A DNA stretch of 64,000 nucleotides from Octopus sinensis (GCF_006345805.1 NC_043011.1:16504464-16568463), one strand, 5' to 3'; positions 13,449 through 25,371 are shown, counted from the first letter of the stretch. Numbers and translations are program-made. The notes: a model not told the origin generated them from the letters alone.

Positions 13449-13599
13449 TATTCTGCTGTGTCTGGGGAGAGTCATTTTCTTTTTGTGCAACGAAAATTTT
13501 AGGAAAATAAAAATAAGAAAAAAGTGGAAATTTTACCGGTGAGTGTGTTAAACAATAAGACACAAAAAGAAAATGACTCTCCCCAGACACAACAGAATA
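13449..13599. mobile_element. Internally deleted MITE (same family as 19386-19820)
   Basis: TIR ATTCTG.TGTGTCTGGGGAGAGTCATTTTCTTTTTGTG at both ends. Confidence 0.8.
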
Positions 13600-14129
13600 A
13601 TTAAAATATGTTTGCCCTAAATGAGAAGTTTATTTTCCTAGTGAACTGTTCCTCTCTATCATCTTAAATTCGTGTTTCATTTGAACTACTTTCACTTCGT
13701 TTCTTATTTATGCACGCAAACTTCGATCACAATTATAATTTGGGATGATGGACGTTCTCTCAAAGCGACTTTCTATTTACGCACATACGCCGTGTCAATA
13801 TCTTCCGTGGAGTAAATTTTCATCCATTTACTTCTTATGGGCGTTGGAGATGGTTAACGCCGTCTCTCTAAGGAAACCGTTTTATTTAAATGTATTTACT
13901 TATTAGAGCTTAAGACAATTAATCAAAACAGATCGAAATGGCGTCAAACGTCTAGATGACTTGACATAACTGTCATAGGTTATTGACTATTACTGAAACT
14001 TTCTGCAATATATAAAATGCACATAAAAGCACATATACGTAGATACACATACACACAAAAAACACACACGTATACAAGCACACACATGCACACATACATA
14101 CACATACATATATGTCCATGTATACATAA

Positions 14130-14161
<32 letters not shown>

Positions 14162-14539
14162 GTGTGGGGGATGGTTGGGTATATGGACATATGGATATAT
14201 TTATGTATGTATGTGCATGTATGTATGTATTCAATGATATGTAATTGTAAGATCCAAGGATCTAAGAGTAGTATATAAGTAAGCTTCGAGGTTCCTTAAC
14301 GACAATGTGATCTTCATTTAACTAAGACACCTTCCGCCTGGTGAGTACCTAGTTGAATACCCTCTTTGAGTAATTATTACTTCTGAAAAAATGCTAGCTG
14401 GGAAATATACGTGGCCTCGATTTTACCTACTCCGGTCCATCAATTCTTATATAAATGTATATATATGTATGTGGTGTGTGTGTGTGTGTGTGTGTATACA
14501 CATATATATGTATATATATATATATATATATGTCCGGCA

Positions 14540-14725
14540 TTAGTCGCCATTATAGATCGTTAGTCACTACACACATTTTTTCTCTCATTGTTTCTCTCCT
14601 TGTGTTTTCTGTGTCCCTTTCTCTAGAAGAGCGTAGGCTCGAAACGTAAAATACTTTTTTCTATTCCTGAGCGTTATACTAATACATCTGTTTGTTTTGT
14701 ACACCCCCTGTCTTCATCGCTTGTT
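14540..14725 (+). mobile_element. Short repeat family H1 (about 200 bp, ends in (TA)n) with a decayed hammerhead-like motif at 14617-14652
   Basis: Homologous to 27375-27550, 32420-32580, 45890-46010 and 63390-64000. Confidence 0.8.
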
Positions 14726-14740
14726 TTCTTCGTAAACTGT

Positions 14741-14794
<54 letters not shown>

Positions 14795-14911
14795 CATGTA
14801 TATATACATGTATATATATATGTATATATATATATATACGTTTAAATATTTGTTGTGCAAGATTATTGGCTAAACTGGCAATATGACCATTCCGAAATAT
14901 AACAATATATA

Positions 14912-15019
<108 letters not shown>

Positions 15020-15843
15020 ATATATATATATATATATGTAAGTTCACAATTTGTGAACGAAAACGACTAGATATCTTACCTAAAACACACATATAGTGCC
15101 TTCTCAGTCAGCTTTCTTTGTCCCTTATACAGTGGAGTCTACACATCACTGATACACCTGCTCTAATACCAATTACTGAAAGACACTATTCTACATTCGT
15201 ATCTTTTTCTCTCAATGTTTATGTTGAGCCCAGTACCAGAACTATCAGTTAAGTATTTTCATTTATTTATCACCAAAACATCTGCTCTTTGAAATTCCCA
15301 CTCTGCAAGATTTTTTCTTGCAATATTTGATGAGCAGCATTTTATGCGGTACGTTAATGCCATCAATTTTATCCTGAAGGGTTTTCATACAAGGTCATTC
15401 CCCATGTTTGTTTTGCCTGAAAACCCAACTTTGTTTTAAAACACACAGTTATGTTTTGCTATGAACCCTGTGTATATTACCGTAGAATTAATGTAAAAAT
15501 TTTCTGATAAATCACACAAATCAAACCAGCTACGATCTTCAAAGAGGAAGGATATATTTCATAGCATAGCTTTCGCGAGAATGTCTAAAAGTAAGATGAC
15601 ATGATTTTGGCTTGAAAGCATCTATAAACCCATCTGCGGGAGTAGAGCTGAACTTCAGTTATGCTTCAACAACTGCGCTAGCAACAATTAAAAATGGCAA
15701 CACAATACCAGCTTAATTGAACAAACGGAACCACCAATCATCGAATTACGGGAAATATTAAAATCTACGATTATGCTTCTTATTTATTCCAATCTAAAAA
15801 TCATTATGTTCTTTGTGGTGAGAATTAAGGGATAGCGACAGGA

Positions 15844-16230
15844 GGAGGCGCAATGGCCCAGTGGTTAGGGCAGCGGACTCGCGGTCGGTGGATCGCGGTT
15901 TCGATTCTCAGACCGGGCGTCGTGTGCGTTTATTGAGCGAAAACGCCTAAAGCTCGACAAGGCTCCGGCAGGGGTTGGTGGCGACCCCTGTTGTACTCTT
16001 TCGCCTCAACTTTCTCTCACTGTTTCTTCCTGTTTCTTGTCCCCGACTTCCTACGCAACCGCTGAGCCTGGATGCGCATTCATCCATTCGTCGATGCTCT
16101 CAGTGTTGGGGGTTGACCTGCTTTCTCTTCTGCGGGTCTTAAGAATAGCAAAGGTCCACGTTTCGGACTTCTCCCATCTTGTGAGCTCTGGGACGAAGAC
16201 CGTTCGCTCAACAACAACAACAACAGCAAC
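15844..16230 (+). mobile_element. SINE family C with (CAA)n-ended tail (RTE-like tail suspected)
   Basis: A box TGGCCCAGTGG, B box GGTTTCGATTC and terminal CAACAACAAC repeats. Confidence 0.8.
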
Positions 16231-17464
16231 AGGAAGTTAGAAAGATGTACTTAAAGTGGCAATGTGAGTGTAATTTGGAAGAAAGATAGTTTGTAATCAA
16301 CTACATACTTTTGTCAACCAAATTTATCTACTTGTCTAAATCAGTAGTTTAAATAATTCCAAGCTCGTCAAAAATAAACTTCACTTCTATAAAATTACCG
16401 GAGGTGTCAAGATAGAATTAAAATAATTTATTGTGTTATTTTTAACTTTACTTCAGACGTATTCATTTTCTCATATTAATAGTTATGTCAGTAATCTAGA
16501 AAATGTACGACTAGACGCATAAGTGATACTAGACAGATTAATCATGTTCAGAATATGGCTTACTTTGTTGAGGAATATGTCGATAGATATTTTGACGTCA
16601 GTTAAACTACAGCGTTGGTGAAATATCCATTTCTAACACAGCATACTTCTTAAAGAAGCCGTTGTGAATCATACTTAAGACACGCTATTGGAGATGAAAA
16701 AGAATTCACGTGAAATTATATTTGTACTGAAATTTCTATTAAGACATTCTGTGTTATGTTGACTTGAATATTTGTCAATGGTCATAATGCATACAACTAG
16801 GAGAAGTATAAGATACATACAGTGGCCGTAGGGATTAATTATATGTATTCATTGCGACAATATAGCTTTCCATTGTGGAAGATAAACAACATCATTTGCC
16901 TTTGTGTAGCATAAATTCATTTAGCAAATATAGAACTTTCAAGTGGGTGCAAGATGTCATTGACTTTGCAACATATTTCTCCCGAATTAAACGGAACCTA
17001 CTTAAAAAGAATAGGGTGTTTTAGATAAGATTCTAGATTACTCAAAAGAAGCAGGACTTTCAAGGCTTGGTTACATTTGATAGTGGCTTAGCTCAATTAG
17101 GGATGATCAGTGGAACAACAAAATCAACAGCAATAATAGTAAGAACAAGGAAATTTAACACAGGTTTAAGAGGAACCCACCCTACCCAGTTGCTCTTGCT
17201 GGAAGAAAAAGCAATAAGTTTAGCTTAAATCATATTATTATCATGCGAATTTAAATATCTCACTACTCTACCGATAGAAATAGTACACAATTGTTTAAGC
17301 AGATAAGAGACAACCCTTGTCTTTGGACGGGATATAGTTCCACTGCAAGTAGTTCACTCCACTGAACTCAGTGTTATGATAGCCTGTCATTTGTGATAGG
17401 AAAATGTGATATTTAAACTGGTATGATTTTAATATAACAGACACATTTGAACAGTTTCTTTCAG

Positions 17465-17622
17465 GTACAGTTACCAGGTAGAGAGAACCTACGAGAGGAC
17501 ATCTTTGAGAAAATAAAAATGATACAGATTTACAGACTTGTGAGTCATGAGTGTGAATGTCATTTTTTTTATGCATGCTTGTTCAGACCAAACCTTGGAC
17601 AGAAAGACATCAGCATCGTAAG
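17465..17622 (+). CDS. Candidate exon(s), product unknown (VQLPGRENLREDIFEKIKMIQIYRL...; ...PNLGQKDISIV)
   Basis: Acceptor gtttctttcag| at 17464/5, donors |GTGAGT at 17540 and AAG|GTAAGA at 17623, and a second acceptor at 17586/7. The frame is also open if 17540-17586 is retained. Confidence 0.35.
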
Positions 17623-17826
17623 GTAAGACATATATAGTTGGATGTATGTGTAGAATGTGGATATAATGGGAATTGTCACTGATGATGAAATAAATGTTTT
17701 CCTTCAGATATACATCAATACTTGCAAAAGCATATGCGCATGAGAGTGTGACTGTATGTGTGTGTGTGTGTGTGCGTGTCTCAGTTTACAAACGGGAGGC
17801 AAAAATACACAATAGCTTTTAATCAT

Positions 17827-18018
17827 GCATTATTTACATTATTTACACTATTTACATTCAACGGATATTTGTCCTCATCTTGTTTGTTGTTAACACAACG
17901 TTTCGGCGGTTGATATACCCTCCAGCCTTCTTCAGGTGTCTTGGGGGAAATTTCAAACCTGAGTTCTCATTCTGAAGGTATATTTTTCGATGTTATTATT
18001 ATTGTTATTATAATTATA

Positions 18019-18072
<54 letters not shown>

Positions 18073-18200
18073 GTTATTTTTGTTGTTCTTGATGTTGTTG
18101 TTGTTGCTCTTGTTGGTGATGTTGTTCAGGTCACTGCTTGGAATCGAACTCGGAATCTTGGGGTTTAGTAGCCCGCACTCTTAACCACTACGCCATATGC
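17827..18200 (-). mobile_element. tRNA-headed SINE family D with internal (AAT)n, a hammerhead motif and a (TGTAAATAA)n tail
   Basis: A box TGGCGTAGTGG at 18195-18185, B box GAGTTCGATTCC at 18151-18140, hammerhead at 17942-17892 and a 9-mer tandem tail at about 17855-17830. Confidence 0.8.
17892..17942 (-). ncRNA. Minimal type I hammerhead motif (dimer type)
   Basis: GACAC-CUGAAGA-A-GGC..GCC-GAAAC-GUU-GUGUU. Stem I GACAC/GUGUU, self-complementary ACGU stem III, GUU triplet. Confidence 0.7.
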
Positions 18201-19385
18201 ACGTAATCCTTTTCTGGTTTGAGTCATTCGGCAGTTGTCGTGCTCTGATATTTTTTTATTTATTTCAGGCTAGTATTTATTTTCTTATCATAAGACACAG
18301 AACAATAAAACGGCTTCTTCGTTGTCGTTGAATGCGCTAGCAGTAGCAGACAAATCTCCCATTAATAACTTCACAGCGTATTGAGTGCGTGCAATTTAGA
18401 CATTTCCATAGAGAAAATGACGATATGGCCACGGCCGACAATGGGTGTGCTTGATCAGAGTTCTCCAATAAATAAATGATAAAAATAACGGATGGAGTGC
18501 GAAATAAACGCAAATAGATAACAGACCGGTGCAAACATTAAACACAGAAGCATATATACACAAGAATACATACTTGTCTGGTTGAGTGCATGCATGTACA
18601 AAATGAAGAAAAGAAACTGAATACATTTTGCTGAGTTTATAATGAGTATTAAATTTTTCACTTAAATTAGTACAATAAATTTAAAGAGCTGTTATTTCAG
18701 ATTCGATGCTACCACATGGTCAGCTAGATACATGGCTTGTAAATAAGACTGAATATCCTCGGATAATGTGTATTGTTCAATTCTCAGAGACAGTTGATAT
18801 CACATGATGGAAACGGCAAAATCACGTGTGTTTGGTGTTATAGCGAGTGCGAGATGATTGCAAGATGGAAATCTGGTCATAATAAGTAGAAGAATCACTT
18901 CAATTTGTTGGAAATTATAGCAGAATTAAAATTATATGCACAATTTGCAGTAAAACTTTGAAATAATGCCAAGAACTAAAACCTTCTCATTAGCTAATAG
19001 AGAGCATTCTCTATGGGAATAGAATTCATAAGAATTCAGCATTCATAAGAGTTACAAGAAGCTGTTGCAAAACATGTTCTTTCTGAAAGGCACAAATTCA
19101 CTGAGTAAAGAGCGATGTGTAAGAATCATATGTCTCTCTCTTAGGCAATTATCCGTTATATGCCTTAAAAATAAACAAGAATGTAATACTGCTTTAACCA
19201 ATAGAACCACCTTTTTGGGAAACGTTGATCATTAACTCATTCCGCGATTACATAAATTTATTCATTTTTATTTGTGAGGTTCTATTTCACTGTTATTCCT
19301 AACAGCATGAAAAATATATATAACTATAGTTCGTTTTTGAATTTGGTTTCCAAGATTCTTTATATGAGTTCGTGTGTTGAAGCAT

Positions 19386-19820
19386 ATTCTGTTGTGTCTG
19401 GGGAGTGTCATTTTCTTTTTGTGCCATATTATTTAACACACTCACCGGTAAAATTTCCACTTATGTCTTATTTTTATTTTCTTAAAAATTTCGTTGCGTG
19501 TTGCAACCTTTTCAATAGTTTTGACTCGGTCCGTTATTTACACTGCGTTCCCTTCTGTTTGTCTGTGCGCATGTGTGTGGGTCAGTGTGTGTGTGTGTGC
19601 CACTACATGCATGCATGTACGTATGTATGTGTGTGTGTTTGCATGTGTATGTATGTATATATGTGTGTGTATGCATATGTATATATGTATGTATGTGTGT
19701 GTATTTGTATGTACGTATCATGCATATTTCTGTGCTTACGTGTCCGTGGAAATTTTACCGGTGAGTGTGTTAAATAATAAGGCACAAAAAGGAAATGACT
19801 CTCCCCAGACGCAACAGAAT
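19386..19820. mobile_element. MITE with about 70-bp TIRs and probable TA TSD (Tc1/mariner-like)
   Basis: ATTCTGTTGTGTCTGGGGAG...CTCACCGGTAAAATTTCCAC is mirrored at 19746-19820. Confidence 0.85.
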
Positions 19821-19959
19821 ATAACTATAGACTTGCCCACTATTCATTAGTAATACAGTCGTCATTATAATATCTTCTATTCGTCAAATTATGAGCTAAA
19901 ACCAGTAACCAGACCAGTCTAACACAATCATACACTACTACTGTATTTCATTTTATAAT

Positions 19960-20470
19960 ATTTGCCATAAGGTGATAAATAGAGGAGACGGACAAGAACG
20001 GACAAACATAAAAGGGTGAAGTAGCTTCAAACGATTAAAAATGGACAATGATTATCATTGAGATGAGATTAAAATGAATACATTGCTGAAAGCAATGTTT
20101 AACACGAGGAAAATGCATCCTACACCAGTGCAGGACCTTTGGTGCCAGTTACTCCCAGCTTTCTCTTCACGTGACAGGTACCTCTTCTCCAACCTGATCT
20201 TACTGCTGTGGTGGTAACCAAAGAAGTTGACCAACCCCTGGCCAGATACGAAGGTACTCGTTACAATCGCTTTCAACCGCGTCTTCCATACTGTTTCTTT
20301 CAATATGGCAGCCACGTAGAAAAAACAGGCCTTCCTCTCCCCGCTAAGGGAGGGAGGCGGCACAATCTCGATGATGGACTCAGCTAATAGCTGTTCTCTT
20401 CCCATCGATGACAACAATTGTTCTGTAAAAACTGTCAGTTCCGACAATTCTGAATGAGTGCGAGAGGGTT
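19960..20470 (-). mobile_element. 5'-truncated Tx1/L1-like LINE: ORF2 C-terminus plus 3' UTR
   Basis: ORF 20055-20486 (AESIIEIVPPPS...KETVWKTRLKAI...FVSGQGLVNFF.YH...KIRLEKRYLS) resembles, from memory, the C-terminus of mollusc Tx1-type ORF2 proteins. Needs a search to confirm. Confidence 0.55.
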
Positions 20471-20839
20471 TCCCTATCTCGTACACTACTACTTATTAAA
20501 CGATTGCTTCATTTAGAAACTACAGTTAACTCCCCCCTCAGTATCATTAGATCATTGTGATGCAGACCCGGATCATTTTACGAGTACAGTATTAGAGACA
20601 GACTCTCATGTGTACATGCACATATAAATGCATGCTGATAAACACACCTATGCACGCCTGCAGCCCCACATACTAGTGTGGGAGGGAGTGCACGAGGGCA
20701 TGTATAATGATTCTGTACACAGCTCCCATCTACCAAAGTTCATTCAACATATATTGGTTAATGCCAGATCTCGGTGTGTCGGGAATTAGAAACGTAAACG
20801 AAACTTCGTGATTGTAAAGAAATGATCAACTGCTGTACA

Positions 20840-21700
20840 TTTATTATAAAATACTGTTGTATTTCGGGATGTTCATTTTATTTATTTTTTTTACCAAATA
20901 AACACAGGCATTGTATATATTTTTTCCTTTTCTTCACGCGCTTATTTCTGTTATTTTATTATTTGAACCCCTGTCCATTGTCCAGAAGTATTTCGTCACA
21001 CATCTGTAACTTCTTCAACGACACTTTTCTTCTTTGTGTTTGTTCTTGATTCACTCACTCCATTCTGTTCTTCTAAGATGTGCATCCTTATGTATGCATG
21101 CGTTTGTAGCCTTGTCCACTTGTGTGTATGCGTTGTTTGTGTATCTGTGTGTGTCTTAGATTTTAGCAGCAGTGTAGCCTTCCCCTCAGCTCCAACCTCT
21201 CATCCCATTGTGCTGCAGCTGCCTTAAGATCCGAGAAAACAAAAGGGTACAATTCCCGTATTCCACTGGGTATGTGTCTTCGTCATACACAGAGGAATAC
21301 AGGAACTGTATCCTTTCTCTTTTTCTCGGGTCGTAGGACAGTAGGAGCATAATGGGGTGAGAGATTTGGGGCTAAGAGGAAAGCCGCACTGCTGCCAGAA
21401 ACTATGACAAACACAGACATACATTCATGAACAAAGACACAAACGCTTGTGCACATAAGGATACACATCTTAGAAGTAGAGAATGGAGTAAGTGGATCAA
21501 GAACACACATGAAAACGAAAAGTGTTGCTGAAGGCATTACAGATGTGGCAACGAAAGATTCTCTTACAATGGATAGGCGTTAAAATAATTAAATAGCAGT
21601 AATGAACGAGTGAAGAAAAAAATATATAGAGCATGTATTTATTTAACACAAAAAAAAGAAAAGAAAGAAAATGACCATCCCGAAATACAGCAATATATGT
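20840..21700. repeat. Old diverged fold-back (about 400-bp arms, about 9-nt loop near 21270) with decayed hammerhead-like motifs
   Basis: Arms align by eye (e.g. CTTCTAAGATGTGCATCCTTATGT vs ACATAAGGATACACATCTTAGAAG). UUGAAGA-A-GUUACA/UGUGAC-GAAAU on the minus strand at 21024-20979. Confidence 0.75.
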
Positions 21701-21830
21701 TTCAACACACGATTTCACATGAGGAATCTTGCAAAGACGAATTTATAATACAATTTATTCAAGTAACCATTTATAAAAATTACTATAAATAATATAAAAC
21801 TTTACAACTTGTAATTCTGCATTTCCCTCT

Positions 21831-21922
21831 TTATAAATCCATACCATGCCGTTTCCTGTTTCATAATGCACAAAAAAAACTGTGCATTATGAAGCAGGAA
21901 ACGGCATGCTATGGATTTATAA
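21831..21922. repeat. Near-perfect 92-nt hairpin (42-bp arms, 8-nt loop)
   Basis: TTATAAATCCATACCATGCCGTTTCCTGTTTCATAATGCACA vs TGTGCATTATGAAGCAGGAAACGGCATGCTATGGATTTATAA. Confidence 0.9.
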
Positions 21923-22787
21923 GAATATGTTCACAAAGAAAATGAATCCTTATTAGCTAATAATTATAGAAAATAGCACAAAGAAATTACGAAATCTTTT
22001 TTTAAAAAGTGCTAAACAACGAACGTGTGAAATTCTAACAAATTTTATATCTCTATTATGGAATACTCTATTTTATTTTCTATGATCGTGCAAACATGCC
22101 TCGTTGCCTTTACCCCAAAGATCTCCGCAATCCATCCTCACACACACCGCACACATACTATCAATACAGTTTTATCTCAATACATATCTTACAGTGAAGC
22201 AATCGTTTCAAAGCTGATGAATGTTCTCAAAGAATCTTGTTATAACTATAAATACCATAGCTATGTATTTACTTATGAAAACGTATTGAAAAGTAGTGCA
22301 GAAAAATACTGGAAAAAATTATAAAATAGATTAATATCATTTTACTTTTTATCATTAATTTTCCTTACTGGAAATCTCCTTTTATATTAAATTTTTTTCG
22401 CTGGAACATACATTATTTTTCATCGCAAGGATGATTAGTTCATTAATGTTTTAATAATGAACTTGCATGATGGTAAGTTGAATAAGCTCTATAACTTTAA
22501 TTAATAAGATAGAAAATAATTATTTTATGGAAAGAAAGTAATCGCTAAACATATATTGTTGAATGGGGTCAATTAAGAATGTCAAGGCAATGCAACAGCT
22601 GTCATATCATGATCTAAAGATATATTGCTTCTAAACTTATAATTTCATGAAGGTAAATCATAAGTTGCCTTATTTTTATAATTTTTTGTAATTATCTTCG
22701 ATGTAGAAGAGAAAACTTGAAATTGGGAACCAGAGCAGAAACAATAGTATATAAATACCAACAAGAAGTCTTGTATATATAAATAGC

Positions 22788-23572
22788 TATTTCTTTACTA
22801 CCCACATGGGGCTAAACACAGAGAGGACAAACAAGGACACACAAACAGATTAAGTCGATTATATCGGCCCCAGTGCGTAACTAGTACTTAATTTATCGAT
22901 TCAGAAAGGATGAGAGGCAAAGTCGACCTCTGCCGAATTTGAATTCAGAACGTAGCGGCAGACGAAATACCTATTTCTTTACTACCTACAAGGGGCTAAA
23001 CACAGAGAGGACAGACAAGGACAGACAAATGGATTAAGTCGATTATATCGACCCCAGTGCGTAACTGGTACTTTATTTATCGACCCCGAAAGGATCAAAG
23101 GCAATGTCGACCTGGGCGGAATTTGAACTCAGAACGTAGCGACTGACAAAATACCTATTTATTTACTACCCACAAGGGGCTAAACACAGAGAGGGCAAAC
23201 ACGGACAGACAAACGGATTAAGTCTATTATATCTACCCCAGTGCGTAACTAGTACTTTATTTAATCGACCCCGAAAGGATGAGAGGCAAAGTCGACCTCG
23301 GCGGAATTTTATCTCAGAACGTAGCGGCAGACGAAATACCTATTTCTTTACTACCCACAAGGGGCTAAACACAGAGAAGAGAAACAAGGACAGACAAACG
23401 GATTAAGTCGATTATATCGACCCCAGTGCGTAACTGGTACTTTATTTATCGACCCCGAAAGGATGAAAGGCAAAGTCGACCTCGGCGGAATTTGAACTCA
23501 GAACGTAACGGCAGACGAAATACCGCTTAGCATTTCGCCTGGCGTGCTAACGTTTCTGCCAGCTCGCCGCCT
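22788..23572 (-). mobile_element. Head-to-tail array of four SINE family A units (period about 183 bp); only the 5'-most unit has the head
   Basis: Unit boundaries at about 22788, 22972, 23155 and 23339. Repeated sense-strand junction ...AAAGAAATAG|GTATTTCGTC... Confidence 0.9.
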
Positions 23573-24916
23573 TTTTGTATATAAATACTAACAAGATGTT
23601 TCGCAGTGAGGAACTGTTATAGCTATAGATATATTGTTGTGTCTTTGTAGAATCGTTACGCCAACAATAATAACCCACGCACAGGTTTTGTTAGTGAACT
23701 GGTGAAACATCTAACCAACTAACTAATCGATCGGTTGTTTAATGAGCGGCTTAAAGAATCAATCGGTTGTTTTTTTTTATTCAAAGCGCTTTCGTCGTTG
23801 CTCGCGACCTTTTCAGTGACTTACGACTTCTCCTTTGGCTCCAACGTCTACAAGATCTGCTCTGAGTCTATCTAACGTTGGTCTCGTGCTTGTGTGTATG
23901 CTTGTATGCATGTAGATGCGTGTTAGTTTCAGACAGGAAGTAACGGTGAGAGTTTGTGTGCGTATACAGGCTCGTGCGTGAGCGTGTGTGCGTTGTGTGT
24001 ACACACCCACCTGATTGCCTGTATGTGTGCTTGTGTGTTTGTGCGGGGTGTGTGCATTAACCAACCGTGACCTCCTTAAACGTTCGGCATTTTGTTCAAG
24101 GTCGATTCGTTCTCAGATCTGCTGAGATTTATTGGTGTAGGGTGTATTTCTTTATGTGGGAGGGAGGAGGAGGGGGTGGAGAACCAGATACGTCGGTCTG
24201 AGACTTTTGAGTGATTTCCTATGTGAGCGCATTACCGCATGTGTGTGTATGCTTGCGTGTGTGCCTGTACATGTATATGTATGTATGTGTACGTGTGCAT
24301 ATGCGTGTGTGTGTGTGCGTAGATTGTATGTGGCTGTGTTTTTGTATTTCTCTGTTAGTGCGTGTGTTTATACGTGCTTGTGTGTACGTGTCTGTCCGTG
24401 TGTATACTAAACATGTCCTTTAAGTGAACCAATATTCAGGAAACAACTGCGCTTCATTTACAATTTAGTGAAGCTTTTAACCTTCAAAATAATTCCTTCC
24501 ACTGTTGCAAGAATTTTCCTTTGCAGGCGAACTGCTCCAGACTGATTGTGATTCGGTTCACATTTTATTCGCAGTCTCCAGACGCGGTTCATATTTTCTA
24601 AGTTTATCGGCTAATTTACCTGTAGAATTAGCGTGGATAAATATAATTCCTTGGAAAATTTCACTATTATACCGCCGGTGAAGGGCAGCTTTCGATTCGT
24701 CCTAGTTTTGGGTCAAGTACGTAATGTTCATTAGCGACAAACATGACCCCACTTTACTTACATTCTTATGCTTTCTTAGCTAACAATCATGTTTTCAAAA
24801 AATTAGATATAAGTTCCTTTTTCATCATTTCTTACGATGTTTTCTAAACTTTTCTGTGCATCATTTTACACCTAGATTCTGTCCTTTAGGTTGTATCTAG
24901 GGGACAACTTAATACA

Positions 24917-25196
24917 GATGCTACTGTAGCTTGTAGCCCCAGGGGGACACCTCCTCCAGCTGGTTATTGACACACTTTCTGTGCCCTATCAGTCACTGGA
25001 AAAAGGATATTTTTTTCATCGACAACCAGTGATTCTCACACGCTGATGACGGGTCAATACCCAGAAATTCGATTCCGTATGTATCATAGGTTGAAGACGG
25101 GAAGGATGTCTTTGCAAATACTGATAGGGCACAGAAAATGTGTCAATGGCCAGCTGGAGGAGGTGTCTTGCTGGGGCTACAAGTTACAGTAGCATC
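24917..25196. mobile_element. Inverted-repeat element (about 77-bp imperfect arms) with a central CUGAUGA-GGG/CCC-GAAA motif
   Basis: Arms at 24917-24993 and 25120-25196; degenerate hammerhead-like motif at 25040-25078. Confidence 0.7.
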
Positions 25197-25243
25197 CACC
25201 TCTAGGGGGGTTAGCCACATTTAAGTGGCAAATGTACTTCACA

Positions 25244-25290
<47 letters not shown>

Positions 25291-25371
25291 GAGTGTTAGA
25301 AATTCGGGGTGAGTACTTGATAATTATAAGCACCTGTGTATACCGTTTGGTGGTGTAGGTGGGTGGAGTAA

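Noticed and set aside
15844-15915. SINE heads (also 2177, 18140-18200 and 54750-54822) as real tRNA genes
   Set aside because: Acceptor stems do not close and each continues into a SINE body.
18337-18400. EGF-like Cys spacing (CLNCTHSIRCEVINGRFVCYC)
   Set aside because: A stop follows immediately, so the sixth Cys and GxxC are missing; probably chance.
18690-18750. FDATTWSARY resembling the hAT TRWS motif
   Set aside because: A single short motif; the downstream dimerisation domain could not be recovered.
22788-23572. Regular repeat array as a possible CRISPR
   Set aside because: Units are whole SINE bodies of about 183 bp without unique spacers, in eukaryotic DNA with no cas genes.
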